Below are positions 11,647 through 28,446 of a stretch of DNA of 64,000 nt, in pieces; the first letter of the stretch is position 1, and each line of letters opens with the position of its first letter. Source of the stretch: Lama guanicoe (taxonomy: Eukaryota); assembly GCA_013239625.1 (NCBI GenBank), contig MU054117.1, positions 4,801,514 through 4,865,513 of the forward strand, in the 5' to 3' direction. The notes beneath the pieces were generated by a model that worked only from the letters and a program-made list of their open reading frames with translations, was not told the origin of the DNA and did no database searches. Both the position numbers and the translations under genes were made by a program.

Positions 11647-12029
11647 CGTGCCAAAGTGCGAGGAGGAGCTAGGCTGGGGGCATCATGGGGCGCACCAGCG
11701 TCCTGTCCAGGCGTTCATCTCCATTCTCCAGGGCGGGGGCCTGGAGGCTGCGCAGAGACAGTCCCAGAGCAAGCCGACGCAGGGCATGGGAGTGTGGGCT
11801 GCGGCTGCAGGGCAGACGGCCTCCAGGAGTGGGATGCCTTTGGTCACAGCTTCATGGGCAATGGAGACCTGGAATAGGAGGGAAGCCGAAAGTCAGGATT
11901 GTACAAGGAAGGGCCAAAGACACAAATGTTTATCTAGCTGAACTGGCTGGCCTCCTGAGTCTTTTCTCAGCTTCATATCTTTCCCCTGCCTTCCTTCTGG
12001 CTTTTCTGCCAAAGGGCTGTACGGCCCAG

Positions 12030-12240
12030 TGTTAAATGCCCAGGCCCTGGAGTCAGACTTGCCTAGGTTTAAATCCAGGTTTTGCCAACTCGCCTAGCGT
12101 TTGTCCTCAGAAAAGTGACTTAATCTCTCTGCCCCTTGCTTTCCTTACCTAGGGGGAAAAGAAAAAGTAAGAGGGGGCCCTACTTCATGAGGTCCTTAGA
12201 TTAAATTAGATAATATACGTTAAGTGCTTAGGTTGCTGTT
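12030..12240 (+). mobile_element. MIR SINE
   Basis: ggccctggagtcagacttgcctaggtttaaatccagg...aaagtgacttaatctctctg. Confidence 0.6.
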
Positions 12241-13130
12241 ATTATCTGTTAATATCTCTCCCTCCCTTTTTCTTTCTTCTGCAAATGCTTCCTGAGACTT
12301 TAGAAGGTTCCAGGCATGTTTACAGTGGTGAACAATATAAAGGCCTTGCCCCACCTACTTTCCATTCCACTGAAGGGAGCCAGCTAATAAAGCACAGGGA
12401 AACAGGTGTTATGTCAGGCGGTGACAGCAGCTTCCCTGGTACCAGCCTGCTCTGCTGATTCCCCATTATCTAAAGAATAAAGTTCAAATTCCTGAGTACA
12501 GGACAGAATCCCAGCCTCCCCTCCACCATTGCTCCTGTGTGGCTGGGTTTGTGGTCAGAGGGACCTGGGTTCAGCTGGATTGTTTGACCTCTCTAACTCT
12601 CAGTTTCTTCAGCTGTAAAATGGAGATGAGATATAACGGGGCTTCCATGGGCTGATCACACACACAGCACAGTCCTGCCAGGCCCTGAGCGTTGAACGGG
12701 AGAGTCTGACACAGGTGCTTTGCAGATGGGATTCTGTGATGGGAGGAGGTAGTGGTTTAGTAATGAGTATCATGGGCACCAAGGAGACTGCTGGAGAGAG
12801 CAGACCACAGCCACTGCCGTCCTCAGGCAAAAGCTGGCAGCAAAGGATGTGGCCAAGAGGGAAAGCAGCCAGAAGACAGCCCTTGGTCTCAGGATCCCAA
12901 CTTCTGTAATGCCATAAGGTCACACAAGCCACCATCCATCGCGACCTCCAGATGCCATCTATTTTGTGTGTGAAAAAATATACATAACTTAAAATTTACC
13001 ATTCTAACCATCTTTAAGTGTACGATTCAGTGGCATTACATACAATCGCAATGTTGTGTAACCATTGTCACTGGTTCCAGAAGTTTTGCATCATCCCAAA
13101 CAACAACTCTATAACCATTAAAGAATAACT

Positions 13131-13325
13131 GGGGAGGAGTGTGTAGGTCAGTAGTAGAGTGCATGCCTAGCATGCACGAGGTCCTGGGTTCAGTCCCCAG
13201 TACCACCATAAAAAAAAAAAATCTAGCAGCTGTCTGTGATGGCCAAGTGGTTAGGGGGTTGGACTCAAAAAACAAAAATCTAATTACCTCCTCCCACAAA
13301 ACAAAACAAAACAAAACAAAAGAAA
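13131..13325 (+). mobile_element. Vic-1-type camelid tRNA-derived SINE
   Basis: ggggaggagtgtgtaggtcagtagtagagtgcatgcctagcatgcacgaggtcctgggttcagtccccagtacc head, ctaattacctcc segment, (CAAAA)n tail, aataact duplicated on both sides. Confidence 0.85.
13233..13270 (+). pseudogene. 5'-half tRNA-Ser(CGA) retropseudogene
   Basis: tctgtgatggccaagtggttagggggttggactcaaaa vs remembered tRNA-Ser-CGA 5' end GCTGTGATGGCCGAGTGGTTAAGGCGTTGGACTCGAAA (33/38); flanked by aaaaatcta repeats. Confidence 0.7.
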
Positions 13326-14987
13326 AATAACTGCCCCTCCCCACCCATACGCTCCATTCTACTTTCTGCCTCTGTGGATTTCCTGTTCTAGAGAGCTTAT
13401 CTGAGTGGAACTATGTAATACCTGTCCTTTTCTGTCTGGCTTATTTCACTTAGCATAAAGTTTTCAAGTTCATCCATGTTGTAGCTTGTATCAGAATTAT
13501 AGTCTTTTTTAGGGCTTAATAATATATTCCTATATATACACCATTTTTTGTTCATCCAATCATCTGTCCACGGTTACTTGGGTTTTTCTACTTTTTGGCT
13601 ATTGGGAATGATGCTGTGAACATGGGTGTCCACGTGCCATCTTAGAGGCAGAAGTTGTCTGGAGACCCTGAGCCGTTATCCCAAGATACTGAATGTACTC
13701 CTTCAAAAGGAACTGCTTAAACCCTTACATGGAACCAAGTTGTCAACCTGACTATAACAAGCCTTGTTGTCATTCATGCCTTTGTTTTCCCTCCAACTCC
13801 ATGACTCCAGCAGTTTAAGACTTGGGAGAAGCAGAGTACAACAGTTAAAGGGAATGAAGAAACATTTCCTCCGCAAAATACCAATTTCGACAACGAGCAT
13901 CATGCTAGATGAGGCTTACGCTTGCTGAAAAGGAGCACCAGCCTCTCTTCCTGACTCATGCCCACCTCCCATGCTCCTTTGCTCCAGTCACGCCACACTA
14001 GTGATAATTTTGCACCTACCTTATGTTTTCAGGACTCTGCCTTTGCACGTGCTGTTTCTTCAACTTGGAATTCTCTAAGTGGCAAACTCAGTCATTTCTT
14101 GGGACTCTGCGATGCCTTTCCTGACTCCCTCCCTTCCCACCAGGCAGGTGCAGTGCCCTCGCCGGCGCTTTCCTGGCACTTTGTTGCCATCTGTGCTGTG
14201 ATTGGCTGCTGTCCGTCTGCCCCTCCCGCTAGACGGTGAGCTCCCTGCGGGGAGGGTCTGTGGACTGTGATTTGTTCATCTTCATAGCCCCAGCCGCTCC
14301 CTCAATAAATGTTGAGTGAAAAATAGTAGCTGCCATTTACTGATCACTCACCGTCTCCCGGGGTGTTTCATGTGCGCCAGCTCAGATCCTTCCTATAGCC
14401 CTTCCAGGTAGGTGTTTCTCCTGATTTTCACTTGAGCTCAGCCAGTGAGGAGTGAAGTCAGGACTCAAACCCAGGACGTCCCAGCTCCAAAGTCCAAGCT
14501 GCTTCCAACAAGAGTGGGTGGGTGGCTGTGAGCTGGATGTGGTTCTGAGCACCTAGCTTTTATAGCTGCCTGTGTGAAATCTGTGCCCAGAGGTGAACTG
14601 TTTTACTTCCTCCTTTGTCCAATTCAAACATATACTTCTAATAACCTACTTTCTTCTTTCTCCCTGGTCACACAGACTCATCTCCCTTTCACACACACAC
14701 AGATATGCCCCCCCTGAGGATTTCCCCTTCCTGTCGAAGCCCTCACTTTGCTGCTGTGAACTCCTCAGTTTGTGTCACGTGTATTTGTTCTGTTTCCTGA
14801 ACTAAATGGTAAGGTCCTGGGGTGGGGGCCACACCTTCCACTGCTTTACTTCTAAATTCACTTCAGTCTCTACTCAGCTGGCCCTTGTGAGATCCACTAG
14901 CCGACTGGCAGGAGACCGCCCTCCCCTCATGTCTGCCCAGCCTGTAATCTAGTTATATTTCTTGTATCACTCCGGTCAGCGAGCCAC

Positions 14988-15107
14988 TTTTTTTTTTTTT
15001 TTGAGCAAAAGTGTATTTATTTAGAGAGGTAGGTGGGCGTTAAAGTAAAGGCAAATACACACTCTATAGGCAGAATGCGGGCCATCTCGGAAGGCAAGAG
15101 AGCAAGC
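14988..15107 (-). mobile_element. Short polyadenylated retroposed fragment, LTR R-region-like
   Basis: Minus strand ends ...ctctctaAATAAAtacacttttgctc(A)15. Confidence 0.55.
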
Positions 15108-18100
15108 CTGTGAACCACCTCCTCTCACACTCCTGACCATCTTGCCCACATGTATAACTCAGTGAAAGGCTGCGTCCCTTTTAAAAGGCTTGTTTGGGAA
15201 CAGCATGCATTAAAATTTCAATAAGAATTTACTCCATGATTACAGTAACACTTACCATTCTGAACCATTACTTGGAGAATCAATAGCATCTTACAACTAG
15301 GGGCACATAGTAGACGCTGACTGAGTGAATGACTACTTAATTTCCAAGAATCCCAAGTCTTTCCTCAACAAAGTTACACTGTTAAACAGGCCAAAACGTA
15401 TTAGGTGCGCCTACCTGAAGGCAGAGAGCTAGGAATCCTTCCGGAGAGCAAAAGGTGACATTTCATGACTCCATTCCAAAGGGGAGAAGTCCTTGGGCTT
15501 ATTTGTCAAAAAACCACCCCTTTACCACAGACTCGCACAGAATGGCCCAAGCTGAGCGTTGAGAGCTGCCAGGCCCCTGCCCTGGTCCCCACCCCACCTG
15601 CTTGCTTCCCTGGGCTCCCCGTCAGTGGAGCTGAATGGGCACAGTGCCAGGCCAGATGGCAAAAATGGGAAAAACTGCCAAAAAGGAGGCAAACAGGAAA
15701 TGGAAGGAGGGCTCAAGGCATGAGGGAGGGGCAGCACAGCCCTCGCCTCAATCCTGCCTCGAGCAAGAGGTCAGGTTGTCTGGGGTGTAAAGCGGAGAAA
15801 AGCAGGGACTTCATCCCACTAGGGAGAAGGAGGGACGAGAGGCCCACACAGGCCCAGTAACCTGAGCACGCCCGGATGTGGCCACGTGAGCCCGCCACTG
15901 CACACGTGCACATGCAAGGTCACACCAGGGGCCGGTACCCCCTCGGGGTGCGTACGCAAGATCCCTGGTCACATGCAGTCCGACACGTCCACATGGCCTA
16001 TAACACATGTGTGTGCACAGAGGCGCAGACTGCGCGGCCAGGAGAGGAAGGGCAGACACAGCCCCCATCTTAGGGGCAATATCCTTGGGCTGACAGACAG
16101 ACAGCTTCAGGGGCACATATGTATGCAGATGCCCACAGACAGACCCCAGCCTCATGGCCCCAAGGCCCCGGAAACTGCCCCTTCCACATCCTGGCCCCCT
16201 ACACCACGCACACACCAGTGGTTGTGTGGCCATTTTCCTCTACCCGGTGTCTCTGTCCTTCAGCTTCCCACGTGCACACCTGGGGCCCAGGTTCCTTATG
16301 TCCTTGGGGTGTCTGGGACCTGTCCCAATACTTTCTGAGCTGGGCTGGGCACCATCTTTGCTGAGATAAGTCAGAGGGGCAGGGCTCTTCTCTGCACTGG
16401 CCGGAAATGAGAAGGAGAGTATAAATGTGGACAGGAGACTGGATCATCATCTTTCCCTCTCTCTCCTCCCACAACCGGCCCGTGGTATCCACCCTCCTGG
16501 CACCTGACCAACAGTGCAAAGGGGAGCCTGACAGAAAGGGATGGGCGATTTGGGACAGTACTGGAGGCCAGGAGGGGAGGAAGACACCTCCTGTCCACCT
16601 TCATCCTGTCTGCCACCCTCTCCATGTGCTGCCCCCCCACCCCCACCGCACATTCACCAAAGACCTTGCTGTCTTCACCCCTTCTTTGTAGGAATCCATA
16701 GCCTTAGGAAGTTGGAAAAGCAGGAATCTCAGGTCTCATACTCCTAGCCTCAGAAGATCGGCTGTAGAATAGCTCCAGCCTCCTTTTAGATTCTGGCGGC
16801 CAGGAGCTGGTTAGCGTGCCCCCACCCCACCCCCACCCCACACAACGTGCGCTCCGGCAGCGACAAGAGGAAGCACCTGGCCCCACAGACACGTGTAATT
16901 AAGTGTCTGGGAGGGAGTTCGGACTCCCCAAACTGATTCAAACTGTGCTGAGCCTCTAGCAGAAGTTTAATGCAGTCTAAAATGAAGGCTTTGTGAAAAG
17001 CTCTGTCCAGGGCTGCTCTGGGGACACAGATGAATCCCGCCCATTACCTCATCCCGGCTCTGTCGTGTGGAGATAGTACGAGGTCACTGGGGTGAGTGGA
17101 TGGCCTACCTCCTGCCCTAGGAGTCATGTTCTTCCCCGCACACGTGTCCTATCTTCTCTCCATCCCCACTCCTCCCTGGTCCAGGCCTGCCCCGCTTTCT
17201 CCAGCCCAGATTCCTGCTCCAGCCTCCCCTTGCCTTTCCAACATCATCCTTGGGTCTTCTCACCTCAACTCTCCAGATAATTTTTTTGGGAAAAGGCAGA
17301 AAGCAAAGGCGACTTACAGCTCAATAGTCAGTCTCCTCAATGTGTGGATGTCACCTCTCCACCTGCTCACGTCCCTCCGCCCTGCTGTCGGGAGCTGGAA
17401 AACCAGGGCACAAAACCCCAGCCAAGAGAGACGTTCAGCTGGGGTGGGCCCTCACGGCTCTGTGCGCTGGGTGGACCTCGCTTTGGAACTGGGCTGGGTC
17501 CCGCTGCCTCAGAGAAACCTCCTGGAGACTTTAGCCTTGTGGCCCTGGCCCTGACCCCAGGCCACACTGAGTGTGCTCCATGCACCAGCCCTCGTGCCTC
17601 TGCTGTCCTCTTCCCCCTGGGCTGGGCATGCAGGCTTCTGAGCTGTGGGGGCATCAGACAGAGGTAGATGGGGCTGGGCTCTGGGGGCTCTGGGTGGCCG
17701 GGGAATGAGGCTTGAGGATTAAGTTTCTGCTTTCCCTAAGTCCTTGCCTCCATCTCCTCTTTGGCTACAACTTTATCTCACCCCGAAGGGACTTAAGACC
17801 CACAAGTGGGAGGTCCCCTTCCTGTCAGAGAGGCCCCCACAAACACAGCGAAGGGGAGGACAGTTGGGTAGGATGGCTGTAAGAGCACTTCCGTGCCTTG
17901 AACCCTCCTGGAGTTTAATCAGATCAGTTCATTGTCATCCAGCAGAGGCCTGGCCCGGGGTGAGCGGGTGTGGGGGATCATCTCATCTGAGAGTGGGAAA
18001 GGGCTGGAAACCATCCCCACAGGGCCCCCCTCTGTGGCCCAGGAACCAGGGTTCAGCGAGACTGTCGGGGCCTAATGCGTGAAGGGGAGGTTGGGGCCTC

Positions 18101-18479
18101 CAGGACCTGACAGGCCCCAGTGTGGGGGCTTCAAGCTCCAGGGCGCGCCCTCTGTCTGAGCAGCTCTGCCTGCCCCAGGCCATCCCTTTGAGCGTTTTAC
18201 TCTATTCAAAAAGGTTTCCCAGGGCCCAAGGCCCACTCTCGGCTCCACCCCATCCCACGGCCCCCATTTCTAAAGGAGGGGTGCTGCCGCTTGTTTCCCC
18301 CCGTGAGGTGCAACCCCACCAGGGACGCCCGGTACCTGTGCTCGCTGTGGCTCTGTGCTGCCTCAAGCCGGCTTCCGCTGCCTGCTCTGGGCTGGGCTGG
18401 GCTGGTAGGACCTGCTCCGGGGTGAGTGGAACACACCCACTTCAGCAGATCTGGGCAGATCCCAGCTCCCTGCACTCAC

Positions 18480-18650
18480 CCAACCCCACGCGGGGCAGGG
18501 AGAGAGAGAAGAGGAAGCAGTGCCGAGTAGCCACTGCAGCCTGGCCAGGGAAAAAGCCCCAGCAGATAATGGCACTTGATTTGCCCCAACTCTAGTTGAC
18601 TAATGACTGCCCCAACTCATAGCTCAAAACTCCCTGCAGCTTCCGGGAAG
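18480..18650 (-). promoter_or_regulatory. Probable LPAR5 non-coding exon 1 and proximal promoter
   Basis: Strong donor TGG|GTGAGT after 18480; ETS-like GAGGAAG (~18511), GATA site AGATAA (~18564), GAS site TTCCGGGAA (18641-18649); lies just downstream of the ACRBP 3' end, as in human. Confidence 0.5.
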
Positions 18651-19933
18651 CCAGCTGACACACCCAGCCACCGATGCCAGAAGACTAACCCACCAGCCTC
18701 TCGTTCTCCTCCCCAGTTCCCCTTGGCTGTCTGTCTCTCTTGGGTTCCGGCAGGCAGTTTTGCTCTTAGGACATGTGGCTTATCCCTCCCTCTGTGGGTG
18801 TGTATGGTTGTGTGTGGGCAAGTGGCGGGAAGCAGGGCTCAGACGACAGCCCCTTGCCCCTGTACTCTGGGCTAAACCCTTTGTCCTCCGTAACAGCAGG
18901 GCCGGGCATGTTGTCTGTGCTCAGAACAAGAAAACAAACTTTGAATGGTAGGTGAGAAAGGACGCGGTCGTTGACTAAGAATGGGAGACACTCACGTGAA
19001 CCGGTTTCCCTTTTACAGGGCTTCTCAGAGCCTTCAACGTGCCATTTAAAGGTTGACTGTGTGTTGATAATTGAAGCTGCGTGAAGGGTGCCTGGGGGTG
19101 TATCGTACTAGTCTCTGTTTGTGCATGTTTGAACTTTTCCGTAATAAACGTTTTCTTTTAAATGCTGTATAGTTTCCCACACACGTGTGTCCCCAGAACA
19201 TGTTTTGGGAGATCCCAGACTATTAAAGGCTGACGCTGGAGTCACATCTCCCGCATGGTGTCCAAATGCAGCTCCCCCCACCTTCGGACCATAGGGTCCA
19301 TTACTGGACATCAAAGCAAGGGTTTCCTGAACTCCAGTCCCAGTTGTTTCCTCCCTCCTAAAAAGTGCAAGTTCTGCCCTACAGCCCTGGGGTTGGTCCC
19401 CCTGGACATGATCTCATTCGGATTATCCTCCAGAGGGACGATCCTACACTCGCATCTGAGGTCACTGGACTCAGGAATTCAGAAATGAAGGCACATACAT
19501 CCTCATGGCCACATGGTCCCCAAGACACTGGCTGTGATCTTCTTCAGTCCAACTCTACGATTTCTTTACGGCTTCTCCTCCTGGCAGAGGGCTGCTTCCC
19601 TGAGTACCCTTCCCATGGCCCCCTCACCTGCAGATTGATCCATAAACCCAGGGGTGGGAGGGTTGAATACTATGGGGCAGGGTGGCAGGGTGGCAGGGCT
19701 GAGGATGGGATCTTAACCAAAACAGGCCACACAGGTTGAAAATAAACACTTTATGTAAAGACATCCTTTAAGGTGGGTGGTGTCCCCATCATGGTCTTCT
19801 CTGGGACTGCTGCTCCAACCCAAGGGAAGCGTGAATTGGAGACAGATAAGAGACCCATAAGGGGCAGCCTGGGATTTAAAATGTGGAGAATGTGGAAAGG
19901 TGGGGCTGGGGTGGGGACAGGATGGAGACCAGC

Positions 19934-27130
<7,197 letters not shown>

Positions 27131-27861
27131 CCACTGACTCGGTGCTTTCGATGGAGTGGGTCCTGCCTGCGTTGCTCTTCACCGTATTACCACTTCACCT
27201 CCAAGGGATCCCATAAAGTGGGTACTGTTATCCCTATTTTATAGACAAGAAAACCGAGTTCCGAGAAACCACCTGCCCAAGAAGGGGTGAGGCTTGGAAG
27301 CGAGGCAGGCGGTGACGGGCGATGGAACGAATAAGGCAGTCGGGCTGCCTGGGTAAGAACTAGAGGAAGCCTCCAGGTAAGGAGCCGAAGGGGAAGCAAG
27401 ATCCGGTTCAGGTGCGGAGGAAATCAGCCGCGAGGACCGCTCAGCCTAAGGAAATGGTTTCCAAGTGGAGGTGAGCAAGACGACTCGTTGGCGTAGGGAA
27501 AAAATACTTGTTTTCTTAGTATTTAAAACAAGTCAGGCTACTACTTACTATAGTAATTCATGTGTAAAACAAACACATTTATTGGGAATCAAGTGAAAGG
27601 TATTTTATGGAGAAAAGATGCACAATCTTAAGCTGTGTTAACCCCTGGTCTGAGGCACAGCCCCAGCCAGCTCTGTCCTCCTCAAGCAGAGAAGCTGATG
27701 ATTCCGGAGCAGAGGTACCACTTCTGGTTCCATGTCTCGTCCCACTTCTGACATGTCCGCCTCCCGCCTTTTAGCCAACTCAAGAGAAGGCAAAAATCTG
27801 CTTCGCACACGTGCTAAAATAGTGTCTCTAAAATAAACACAGCAGACCAACACGTACAGCT

Positions 27862-27867
27862 TTTATT
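27862..27867 (-). terminator. ING4 polyadenylation signal AATAAA
   Basis: tttatt about 580 nt after the ING4 stop, followed on the minus strand by GT-rich sequence. Confidence 0.7.
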
Positions 27868-28446
27868 CACCTACCCACCTCCTTTACACGTGAGACATCT
27901 GCATTCCACCCCGCCCCTCCCACTCACGAGGCCAGGATGAATCCTCTTGGCACAGAGGAAGGGGTGCCATGCCCCTTCAACCAGGGCCACAGCCCAGGTG
28001 ATGTGGGGGAGCCCCCGCTGAAAAAAGCAGGAAGAGAGTGAAAAAAGTTTATCACACGATGGCCCCTCATGGGGGGAGCGAATTAGGAGGCTGGGGGAGG
28101 GCCCCACGCTACTGCCTCAGTCCTTAAATAGAAAGCAAGGGGAGTGAAGAGGACCATCCCTCAAAAATGCAGCACCAACCTCAGCATGGAGGCAAAAGGA
28201 CAGTGGGCAGGACCACCTCCCTCGGGAGAGGGGGGCTGAACGAGAGCACATACCGTTAGTGGCTGCGGCACCCCCCCTACCAGGGTTTGGGTGCAGCTTC
28301 AGCACCAGGAGTGGGAGGGGAGGAGAGGGGATGAGGACGCTGCGCCATCCACCTCTCCCTGCCCCCGGCCCCGGCAGGCATCCCTCTCCCCACTAGCCCA
28401 GGTCAGGGGACGTGGAAGAAACTGTGCTGGAATCCAAGGCCCTTAT

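Larger units (their letters stand above)
12965..13640 (-). mobile_element. LINE-1 3'-end fragment, interrupted by a SINE
   Basis: aaaatttaccattctaaccatctttaagtgtac...ttatttcacttagcataaagttttcaagttcatccatgttgtagc is typical antisense L1 3' UTR sequence. Confidence 0.8.

Noticed and set aside
13131..13210. Apparent tRNA-Ala-like genes here and at 33680-33756
   Set aside because: Diverged A/B boxes, A-rich tails and target-site duplications identify them as SINE heads.
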